This document shows positions 23,647-35,000 of a stretch of DNA of 52,515 bases, one piece after another. The first letter of the stretch is position 1. Every line of letters starts with the position of its first letter. Made by a program: the position numbers and the translations under genes. The stretch lies in NCBI GenBank assembly GCA_026026165.1, contig JAPEUD010000109.1:1-52515 (forward strand). The letters are read 5' to 3'. This DNA is from Sarea resinae. Taxonomy: Eukaryota. The notes below the pieces were generated by a model. The model saw nothing but the letters and a program-made list of their open reading frames with translations, had not been told where the DNA came from and searched no databases.

Positions 23647-25005
23647 ATGTCCGATGAAGGAGGCGTGGATCTCAATGATGTGAAAAGCATCGAAAGCGAA
23701 AACGAAAGCGACGACGAGCATGCATCCGCAACGGAAGAGACAGAGGATACCAAGTCCACAGCGAAACACGTCCAGGGCCTCAGTGTGGGTGGCTTCGACT
23801 GGACCGCAGGTACTCTAGACCAGCAAGACAAGCAAGACGAAGCGTCATCTTCCGATGAAGACGAAAAGACCAAGAAGAAGAAACGCAGAAAGCCCGAAAT
23901 CAAAGTCGACCGAACCGGCGACCTGGACGCCCACGGCCCGCAATCCGTCGCCGACTTCGAGCGGCTCCTGCTCGGCCAGCCCGACTCTTCCTACCTCTGG
24001 CTCAGCTACATGGCCTTCCAGCTACAGCTCAGCGAAGTGGGCAAGGCGCGCGAGATTGCCGAACGCGCGCTCAAGACGATTAATATCCGCGAGCAGGGTG
24101 AGAAGCTGAATGTCTGGGTCGCGCTGCTCAACTTGGAGAACACATATGGCAGTGACGAGGCCGTCGAGGAGGTCTTCAAGCGCGCGTGCCAGTATAACGA
24201 CGCCGAGGAGATCCATACCCGGCTCACGAGCATCTATATCCAGTCTGGCAAGAATCAAGTAAGTCTAGACACCTCAACCTCTCCTACTCTTACTCCCCCT
24301 CCCACTCCCATCCCCCCCCCACACACACATCCACACAGTGCAACCCGCCCAAAGAAATTGTTCCCCCAATCGCAACTAACCGCATCTCCTCCGCACGCAC
24401 AGAAAGCCGACGAGCTCTTCGCCGCGACGCTGAAGAAGTTCTCACAATCGCCATCTCTCTACATCAACTACGCGACGTTCCTATGCAGCACGCTGGGGGC
24501 CCCGACGCGCGCGCGCGCGCTCCTCGCCCGCGCCACCCAGGCCCTGCCATCCCACACCCACATCGACATGACGGCGCAGTTCGCGCTGCTCGAGTTCCGC
24601 TCGCCGCACGGCGACCCGGAGTACGGGCGCACGCTCTTCGAGGGCCTGCTCGCGCAGTGGCCGCGCCGGTTCGATCTGTGGAACGTGCTCATCGATGCGG
24701 AGATCAAGGCTGCTGGTACTAGTGGTACTAGTGCTAGTGCCGATGGTGCTCGTGCCGGTGGTGCTGGAGACGGTACCGTGGGGGCCGAGAAAGAGCACGT
24801 GCGCCGGCTCTTCGGCCGCGTGGTCGGCGTGCCGGGGCTCAAGGGCAAGAAAGCCCGATTCTGGTTCAAGAAGTGGATGCAGTGGGAGGAGAAGAACGGG
24901 GACGGTCGGGCCGTGGAGAGCGTGCGGGCTCGGGCGGCAGAGTTTGCGAAGGGGTTGGAGGAGAGGAAGGAGAAGGGAGGACAAGGGCACGGGGAGGGGG
25001 AGTAA
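19308..25005 (+). CDS. RRP5: rRNA biogenesis protein Rrp5, ~1833 aa; exons 19308-19751, 19804-24258, 24403-25005
   Basis: FPRGGASVLTPLE N-terminal motif, multiple S1 domains, acidic linker, and HAT/TPR C-terminus (PQSVADFERLLLGQPDSSYLWLSYMAFQLQL). Introns 19752-19803 and 24259-24402. Confidence 0.97.
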
Positions 25006-25516
25006 AAGGAGGGAGAAAAACAAAAAGGGAGGGTAGGGGGGAGGGGGAGGGGGAGACACGCTCTTCTTGACTTTTGTTCCCCCCCCCGTCTGGCTCCTTT
25101 TTTCAAATCTACATATTGTTCCCTTCCTTCCTCCTCTTATGTTATATTATCTTATGTCACATCTCATCATATCACGTTATCTCATCATGTCTATCATGTC
25201 CATCTGTGTGTCTGGACCGGGTCCACGTCTCTAGAGTCAGTCAGTCGTCTGTGTCCTGGAAAAAAAGCCCAACATACATACATACATATCCATCTATGTA
25301 CAGTATTCGTCCTATCCAGCATCCTATCCAGCGTCCTAGACAACATACGCCATTCATTCACCCTTGGTCGAAACTCGGAACCATTCAGAAAGGGGAGCGA
25401 ATCCCCTAAGGTAGGTGTGGGTGTGTATCGATGGGGGTGGGGTCTTCGGCTACATGTGGTCGGTCGTAGGTTGGCACTTACACATATACAATACACATGC
25501 ACACACGCATAGACAT

Positions 25517-25553
<37 letters not shown>

Positions 25554-25770
25554 GATAAAAGAAACAGAACGCGGCAGCAGCACGGGCAGCACGGCTCCCG
25601 GTTCCCTCAGTAGTGGTGGACCGAGACACTAAGTTGTAGAAGTAGATATTGTGATAGGATAAAGAGATATAGAGACATAGAGATATAGCAGCACATCCAC
25701 ATCCACATGCACAATCATATCCCTATCGCTATCGCTGTCCCTATCCATATCCATATCCATACGAGCGACC
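25006..25770. repeat. Low-complexity spacer between convergent RRP5 and CDC25
   Basis: G-runs, (CATA)n, (CA)n, (GA)n and (ATCCAT)n tracts. Confidence 0.75.
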
Positions 25771-26387
25771 AGGAAAGAAAAACCTCCCTCCAAGACCAAC
25801 CAAGCAGAGAAAAAAAAGGGAAAAGGAGCAGAAGAGCAGGAACGGAACGCCGGAACGGAGAACCACAGGAATCAAACGACAAACAAATCACCAACGACGG
25901 ACACGGCAAACATTAGAAGAAAAAAAAGGCCAGAGAAAGAAACAGATAGAAGGATAGAAAGGGCGGAATGACGGAGACCCTGAAAACGCCGGTATGGATG
26001 GAAGATCAAATGTCGTGCCTGCGCCTGGAAAGTAAAGAACAAGGGGTCGGAGAGAGTAGGATGTGATAGGTTGGATAGAATCGATAGGATGGAGTAGGAC
26101 AAGATGTTGGGGGGAGAACGATGGAGTCGTATAGCTGTGACTATGACGGTGATGTGGCGATGACGGGCGCAATGGGTGAAAAGAAGCCGCGGAGAGAAAA
26201 TAGACGAGAAGGGGAATGGAGAAAGCTGCACGAGAGATGTGGTATAAAACAGCATTCAGAAGGGGGAAGAAGGGAAGACCAGGGAGCGAGGACGCAAGGC
26301 TGTGTAGGGGGGTAGTGGAAGAGTGTAGCAACGACCGCGTGACTCCGAAATTTTCTTCCCGAAGAAAAAGATAAGGACACAGCAAGC

Positions 26388-29300
26388 CTACAAAAATCCG
26401 CTCTCACTCAACAGCCTCGCAATCTTCTCATCCTCCCTCTCCCTCGGCTCAACCGCCAAAGACTTCTCGTACATCTCGTGCACGTCGCCTGCGCCCTGCA
26501 TGTGCGTGAGGATGTAATCCTGCAGCTCCGGCACCGGCTGAAGCGGGTAGGGTACGTTTTGGTATTGCTGGATGTCGCGGATCACCTCGGCGGTCTTGGC
26601 CCTCTTGGCGAAGTTTATCAGGCTAGTCTTCTTGATTATGCCTGGGATGCCGTCTTCGATAAAGGTAAGGTCCGTGAGGTAGACGCCTATGAGAGCATTA
26701 GTGGGGTGATTGAAATTGAGTGAGTGTCGATATTGAGGTGAAGATGAGGGAGTTGCGATTATCGTGAATGATGACAAAAATCTGAGAGGAAGATAGAATA
26801 CATACCAAAGAAGGGAATACAGGGTGGATTGGCCAGATGCAACGTCTCGCGGTATTCGCCAAAGTTCTTGGTGCTGCCCATGAGGGTACGCATTTGCTCT
26901 AGGACAGTGGTGGTACGAGCCGGGACTTGGCTCCAAGTGCGGCTCAGACGGTGGATAGGCGCTGTGCCAAGAGCTGAGATGATAGACGTGAGCGTCGAGA
27001 AGTTGTTCAGCTGCCGGCATTTCTGCTCTTCGCGTTAGTACATTTTACCAGGATAGAAGCATTAGACGGGGAACATACATCAGCAACAGAGACAAAATGC
27101 TTGACGACGACGACTCGCTTCTTAACATCCTGTTGTGAGAGGATCATTTCCGCGACCCAATTCGTCAATTGATTAGAATGCAGAATCAACGCCTTGACAT
27201 TCTGGGCCGGCTCGGGCTCTTCGGGGGCAACCTTCTTTTGCCACGTCTTGTTCAAACATTCCGTCGGCTTGATCTTCCCGTAGAGCCTAGACTCGATGAT
27301 AGTCAACTGTCGGGCGAACTCGGTCACATCGATGTCGAGGAATTTCAACTTCTTCATATTCTTGGGCATTATCGGTGTCGGTGTTGCTTGATTGATGGTG
27401 AGAACGAGTTTCTTCGCCGTGGTGTCTTGCCCTCGTAATCGCTGTTCTACGACCGCCATAAGGGGCTTGGCCCCGGGAGTATTTGTAGTCTCAACCGAGT
27501 CTTTTGCAAAAGCATGCACCTTTCTGAGCAGCTCTTTACTAGCTTCGTTGTCACCCTCCATCCAGTAGTTATCAAACCAACTCTTCATGATGTTTACCAC
27601 GCGGAACCGGATCGGTTTTTGTTTCTTGTCTACCCAGGTTTGGTAGTCTTCATTGGCTAGACCGTAAGGAGGTTGGATGCTGAATCGCTTGACTAGCAAC
27701 TCGAAAAGCTCTTCGGCGGTCGTAAAAGATCGGTAAGTCAGCAAAAAAGTGTTGTTGAACGGCGAATCGAGCCGGTCATGTCTCGTTAGTTGCTCGACTA
27801 ATCCGACCAACGTGCCTCCACGCAGTTGTGGTGGAGTGGATTTCATATCATATGCGATTTCGCCCTCGTGATCGAGCCTGAGGAAAGGAGGTATCTCCTC
27901 TGAATCCCGCGAAGGCACAGGTACCTCACCGAAAAACTTCTTGACTTTGGAATTTTCTCCCTTTCGGTAGTTTTCGGCTGCGGGATCAAAGCCTTCCGAA
28001 TAAGACTGAGATTGGCCCACTTCAGACAACAGTGGCCGCGGCAACTGTTGCGAATCGTTACGAGTATGCGGCCTCTCATAAGGAGCGCCTCCATCCGTCA
28101 TTCGATGGTCTCTGTTAGGATGCAATTGCGAAGAGTCTTGCGGCATGATCTCCACCAAGAGCTGCAAGGAGAATCCAATCTGCGAAGTGCAAGTCTCTAT
28201 TTGCCTAGACAACACCCTCACATGTTTCATCCGATCCTCGAGAGCATCTCGGCGTAGTTCGGCCCACTCGTCTGCAAGAGGGCCGGCAACCCCTTGGCAG
28301 GCAATCACAAATTCGGCGACAGTATCATAGAGTCTCTGCTTCTGGACAGAAAAATCTGACAACTGGGGGTTCCCAGTCCCCAAGGGAGAGAGATTGATAG
28401 ATTCGAGGGTTGATAGCCAAGGTGACAATGACTCTATGACCTTTCCACCAGCCACACAAACGGCGTCCCCGATGGCTTGATGCCTGTAGGGCGTGATGAT
28501 TTTCTCAGTAATAGCGAGGTGCTCATCGAGCCGTTTGATGCTTGAAACCACCTGTTTCTTCATCTCATCCATTCTCTCTAGCAATTTCGTATCCAGCTGT
28601 TCCGTGGGATCCAAGAAAGAATCATAATCATCTTGGACCATGAACGAAGTCGAGGATATCGGCTTGCTCGTTTCGAGTCCGTTGTTTTGCCAATTACCGC
28701 CACATTTGGTGCCCATGAGAAACCCTGGCACTAGTCGAGGAATTTCCTCTCCTCGCTGCTGCCGTGCCACTTCTACGTAACCGTAGACACCGTGCAATAC
28801 TCCCTCGGCCTCCTGGATGCACTTGGCATAAGAGTCTGGGCCTGGCCAGTCCGCAGCAGCAATATGAGAAGACAGGACCAGCTTCGAGAATTTCGACATC
28901 ATATCCCGGAAATGAGGATACAATGCCTTGTTGGTGGATATAATGGAAGGATTGCCGGAATGGTTGTCAGTAGTACCCGAGCCGGCGGCGAGAAGTGATC
29001 GTAGATGATCCGAAATGTCTTCAGCCTTCTTGACATACTCTGAACGTTCGCCATTATTGATTGCCTCTCGGTACTCATCTACAGCGGCGCGCATGTTCTC
29101 CACGAGTCGGTTCCACGTCACTGGCGCAGAGTGATTGTCATCAAAGAACGAGCGCGGAATGGAAGAGGGCGGTTGGCTAAGAGGAACGCTTGTAAAGGAC
29201 GTCGTGGTGGTGCCCATTTTCGGCAAGCCCTGCTGTATAGCGCTCATTGACAAAGTGGTATTATAATAATCGTTGGATTCGATCCGAGAACGAACTGCCG

Positions 29301-30314
29301 GAGAGATCCCCGTAATTGAATCCATCGAAGTTGCAGGAGAGACACCTTCGGAGATATAAGAACGCCGTCTCCTTGCCTGGGCGAATCGTTAGCAGCGAAA
29401 CAAATGCTCAACGAGCGTAATCCACCTACCAATGAGCCTTTCGAGCCTGTCATCAGGGTTTCACCCTCTCTTTCCGAGGCAGAGGTCCCCTCATCATATT
29501 CATCATCGTCATCTCGTTCATATGTTCGTGAAAGCATCTCAGGTGGCGGACGTGTCTCATCCGGAATATGAACATTTGTGCGGTCTCGGGGACCAGTCTC
29601 GGTAGCTGACGTTGGATTTTCCAGTGGCAGTTCCATGGTAGTATCCCCAGTCAGTGTATTAAAGTAGAATAGCCGCCCGTCGGGCGTGGCTTGTGGTATC
29701 CAAAACGACGCTTCCTCTTGCTCTTGAGGTTCCGTGCCCTCTATCGGCAGCTGAGAGCTGCTGCGTCTGGAGTTTCCATCCGAATCCACATCGTCATCAA
29801 ATTCTGCTTCTGCGTCGAAATCATCCTCATCCTCCTCGCCATCCGCGTCCTCGCCTTCGCCCGACTGTTTGCCATCTTCTGCTTCATCATCGGACCCCGT
29901 TATGACCGCGCAGTAGTTGCTTGGAAACCATCCACGTACGCCGTTGATGACTCCGTCCCACCAACCACTTTCCAGCTGTGTGATGACTTGTATAATTTCG
30001 CCTTGGCGGAAGCTCAAGCTGGTCCGATCGTCCGCTTCATAATCGTAAAGAGCTCGCACGTACATGCCGGCTGGTGGAGGAGCAGTAGTATGCGGAAAAC
30101 CATTCATCTCATTCATCCAATAGAGGTTGCCGTTCGTCGGTAGCAGTCTGGCCTGCTGGGAAAAGGTCGCGGAGCGAGGGCTAGCAAACGGATTTCCCGA
30201 CGCCTCCGCGGTGTACCGGAACCCGGTGCTGGTCAAGGGGTTCTCTTCAACAGCGGCAAGTTCTTTCGTCGTAATATTTGTCGGTAATGGAGATTTCGAC
30301 CGTGTCGTGTACAT
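26388..30314 (-). CDS. CDC25: Ras guanine-nucleotide exchange factor, Cdc25-type (SH3-WW-REM-RasGEF), ~1232 aa; exons 30314-29430, 29376-27079, 27022-26806, 26686-26388
   Basis: SH3 (VRALYDYEADDRTSLSF..GWWDG..GWFPSNY); WW-like (WIPQATPDGRLFYFN); REM (FLLTYRSFTT); RasGEF (EFARQLT, PCIPFFGVYLTDLTFIEDG); C-terminal RLLSESGFL. Three canonical introns. Confidence 0.95.
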
Positions 30315-31316
30315 GATGGTGCGGAGGCCGCAAATTGTTTATGGTTGCCCCGCCTAAACCTCCGGAAGCATGCCGCCCGTAGTCAAAAAGTCGCTTGGGG
30401 AGATCTGGTACTATCTGCTCTCTTCGCAGCCGCAAAGTCGCACGGAGTAGAGCTGACGAGAGAGTGTGCTACGATACGTCAGTGGTCGACTGTAAGCGCT
30501 CGAGCTGATCAGAGGAACTGGGGTGTAGCCAACCAACCTCAACAGAAGATGGCCAATATGTCCAGTGACGGCGATAAACACACGATCACGACCAGGGAAG
30601 GCGTTCGCAGAACAGGTCCAGGTGGTCTCGATGTCGCGCGAGTCTTCAGCACGAGCAGCACCCAAATCACAATTGGAGAACAAAGACCGTCGGTGGACAC
30701 GGCGACTCGAGCTGTGAAAGATGTGATTCGTCCGAGGCGTTGAGTGTTGACGGTTGGCCGTTGACGGTTGACCGGTGAGTGCCCTTGTTCAACGACAACA
30801 ATAACAATGTGGACGGCAGAACCGGTGAAAAACAATCTGCGGTCGAATCGCACCTCTCCTGCAGTCCGATTGACGGCTTGATTGACTCCCGTCACGATCT
30901 ATCGAGCAGAGAGACCGGCTCTGACCTGGTTTAATTGATTCGGTAAAAGGGAAAGGGATAGACGAACTGTCGAGTGTCGAGTGTCAGTGTCGAGTGTCGA
31001 CTCTTCGTCTCTGGTCTCTCTTGACTCTCTTCCAATCAGTGGCAGTATGTAGTAGTGTGCGTGCGCAGACCACCCACTCACTAAGGGAGGTAGAGACTGG
31101 AGGTGGACACGACTGCGGAAGGGGTCAGGCAGGCGGGCAGCCAGCCAGCCACGGGTCACTTGGTCGCTTGTCACTCGCGACGAACGATACCTGAGGTACC
31201 GAGCACTCATCGATCCCACACCGTTTTGGCCGTTGCTCGGCGGTTCGAACAGCCCATCCGATGTACCAACGACGATGCAACTTCGTACAAAGTATCGCTC
31301 TCGTGTCTCCACCGCC

Positions 31317-31395
31317 GCTACTGCTACTGCTACTGCTACTGCTACTGCTCCTGCTCCTGCTACTGCTCCTACTACCGCGGTACCATCACTACTGC
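31317..31395. repeat. (CTGCTA/CTGCTC)n hexamer repeat
   Basis: Directly visible. Confidence 0.85.
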
Positions 31396-32019
31396 TGATT
31401 TCTTGAGACCTTACGCCGTACTCGATACCCAATATTCCTCCTTCCTTCGAGAAGACAAATTGGAGAGAGAGAAGAATGCCGCCAAAACATCTACTCCGGA
31501 GTACTCATCTAGACCACACTACAGTCAGGGCTAGACCATGCCTTGAAGGCTCCCTCGACCGGACCCTGAATCAACCTCGAACCAACCTGCCTACCTAGTA
31601 TCAAGATGTGAATTCGTACACAACCCTTCAACCTAGGTAGTCAGTCGAGATCGTCCCTCGACGAGGTAAGGCAAGGCATGGTTCAACATCACAAGAGTCG
31701 AGGCCGACATGATACAAGGTCCGAACCGCAGAATATTCACATGCAAACTCATCTCTGCATCTCCAACATGTTAGGTAGCACCTCAATGGCAATCGTAGCA
31801 TCATCGATCTCACGGCGCGGCCAGAATACACAAAAGGGTATTTTGTTACGGCCGAGTGCAAGGCCCCCCCCCCCATCCTCCCTCCCCTCGTTTCCCCTCT
31901 GTCGTTCGTCTCGGTAAAGAGATCCATCCGTTTGAGCTCCCCCTCTACTCGACCTAGACCCTCGTATACGCTCACACATCGCAACACAAGAGGTCTAACC
32001 TCTTGCTCTCGCTGCTCAA

Positions 32020-32062
32020 ATGACTGACTGACTGACTGATTGATTGATTGATTGACTGACTG
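32020..32062. repeat. (TGAC)n/(TGAT)n tetramer repeat
   Basis: Directly visible. Confidence 0.85.
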
Positions 32063-35000
32063 AGGTATCGACCTCCCCTATACGTCAAAAGAGGTAAGTA
32101 AAAGAGACCACGACGAAACACGCATCGGATGTACGGGGGATATCGTCCTGTTACAGGAAGCACACGGTAGTAACCTCCGAACACCTTCCCGAGATCACTA
32201 GCTAAGGTACCGACATACCTTACTACTACGGACTACGCGGTATCTTCCATCCACCATACTGTCCTTCCAAAAGGGGAGAATATTTCTCTCTAACCGCTGA
32301 CGGGCTCAGCGCAATGTCTGGCCAATAAATGCATCGGATATGCCGCACTACTCCGAGGGGCACAGAATCGAAAAGACAGCACACATTATCAGACTCTCTT
32401 TTTGGAAGATCTGCGTGGGGAGAGCGCGGAGGGGCCGAGGGCAACGTCAATTGATGATGAAAGAAAAAGAAAAAATAACAAAATAAAACCCTTCTTTTTC
32501 TCGATTTTGATACATGAGGGCAGTGCCGATAGCCTACTTGGGCTTTACGTAAGCGCCTCGATTGCGATATCAGAAGGGAGAAATCCATCATTTATCTACA
32601 CTTACTACGGGCATGAAACTTTTGCGTCAATTAACAAGCCTCATATACGTCGGCAGTACTAAGATTGCAAGTCATCGAGAAGCAAATCAGGCCGGCTGTT
32701 TGCGGAGAATCTCGGTGTTGACTTGCGTTCATGCTATCGATGTTCGAATGAATCAGCACGGAGTAGTAGTGACTCCTGCAACGTCTCGAATAGCCATCCA
32801 ATGCCTGTCGTGAAGCAGTGATAATACCAGGCACGTATAGGATTCTCGATACTTGGAGCACGAGCCATGAGGAAGGACCATGAGGAAAGCAATAAGCGGG
32901 GACATGTACCATCGCAGTTCGGGAAAGAATTCCTGAATCCATGACGAGAGGTGTGAGGCTGGTTGGGTGGGTGGGCTGATACCAACGAGATGGATCGTAA
33001 GTCTGCTGAAGGTGGGATGCAGGATAGTGAGAAAAAGCAATTATGCCATACTATCCATTTTTATGACTCGCAACCGAAGGCGGTCAGCATCTCCAGCTGC
33101 AAGCTGCGCTATGCTTATGCATCTTTTTTCAAACATTGATGTACTCTGTATTCATGAGGGTGGAGGATGTGATGGTTTCGTGATCCTTTTGATTCTTTTG
33201 CCGGCAACCACTACGGGTTTGATGTCCAGCCAGTCCAATGGGAAGTCCTCCGCAGAACGACCGTAGATAGCAACTATGGGTTTCGTTCCCGAGCGGGGCA
33301 CCAGTAAGGCTGTTCTAGCAATAGAAAGTGGGCATTTCTGGCTTGGCCTCCACAGAGATCGACAACTTTTGAGCTGGAAATGACTCGTTCGGAGTCCCGA
33401 TTATTCAGTCCTGAGCTCCCGTTACCGTGGTTTGGATGCCATCGCCGACAAGCATTCAACCTGACATTTCGCAATCGCCTCAGCGTCGACAGTCGCGACA
33501 TGATCTCACTCCGTCTCCCCACGCTATGGTGGAAAGCTACTAGAGCAACGCCAATGCATCCCCCCGTCTCGCTTTGCCGGATTCTCCTTGGTCGACGGAC
33601 ATATTCCGCCAGGCGTTGACAGTAGCCCTATCTCCCTGCAGCACAGGTGGTGAAGCATGCCCCACCGGACCGCAATCTTGGGTAAAACTTGTAGTGATGT
33701 CCCGTCGCCGTTTGGAACTATCATCGTTGCTGGCGTTACCGTTTGGATGAAAGATGCTTGTATGGTCCCGCCATGGCAGGGAAGGTAGGCTACTTCTTTG
33801 TGAGGGACGGGACATCGAGATCAACAATGAAGCAACGGCAGCCAATCCCGTCACCTCGGAAATTGCTGACTCCGATCTGCGCAGAAGCACTCCTTGTTGT
33901 TTTCGCTTCAGATCCTTCCGCCATGTCGGAACCTGACAACCGCAAGGCAAGCGCACCGACTAGAGGAAGTTCCCATACTCGGAGTATATTACTACGGTGC
34001 TAGCAGTATGCAGATCTCCAAGCGAGCGCTCGCTCGTGAGCGCGTCTTCGGGAAGTGGAGCCTCCATAGTAGCACAATCGAACAGTCTCTTGATGTGACG
34101 CACGGAGGTTGAGATCGTTGTGAGATAGTTCTTCCGGCTGTTCTGAGCGGGCGATCGGAGCTCCCAAACCTTGTCCCGGCCGAGTTGTCTAAAGCTCGAC
34201 TCGGGCCCGGGGAAGACGGCTGTGGAAGGGCTAGTTCTATCTAGCACTGTCTAGCAGCAGCCTCCCATGTCTGTCCGATGCCAGTGCATGTCAGGAACAG
34301 GAACAAAAACAGAGAGGATCGCGAGAATCGGGAATTGGGACAAGCTTGGCGACCCACGCCAGCTCTACGTAAGGTATGTGGTAGGACCGCTCTCAGTCGC
34401 AGCAAGTTCGGTCTTCTTTGACTTCACCGCATGAGGAGAATACCTATGTCTCTGCCGAAGTACTGCTGGTATGAGGACCGAAGTGAAAACCTTGAAGCTA
34501 TCGGTGGGACCCATGGACCACACTGCACTCCGTCTCTGGTTTGACATCGCTTCCGGGCCGTTGGCATGCCCTAAGTAAATAGAACGAAATCGAACGAACC
34601 CGGGCGATCCATAAGACTATGGATCCAACGGAGACGAGATGTCTCTGGTCGGGACTTGAAAGCGTGAGAGGATCCAAGCTACATCCATGTCTTTCGAATA
34701 TGATAGTCTCTCGACATAGAGTACTAGACATATCTGGACGTGGACTTGGTCGGGATCTTTTGATTGGTACCTACCATTGAGACCAATGCCGAAAGAGTAC
34801 GGAGTAGTACGAAGATCCATGGATACGAACAACCTGGAAGTTTATCACCGTCTTGAAAGAGGCGGCGAGGTCCAGATGCAGCTCAACTCATCTCAACTCG
34901 ACAAGTCAGACAGAGCTGGGCGGTGTGCGAGGGGCAGTGGCTAAGTATGAAATCGAAGGCATCAATGCGCTGTCCTCGAGCGGCATCGATGAGGCTTAGG

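Noticed and set aside
20406..25106. Antisense ORFs over RRP5 and other genes
   Set aside because: Shadow ORFs arising from codon bias of the sense genes.
31225..31260. GGTTCGAA T-loop-like motif
   Set aside because: No cloverleaf can be built around it.
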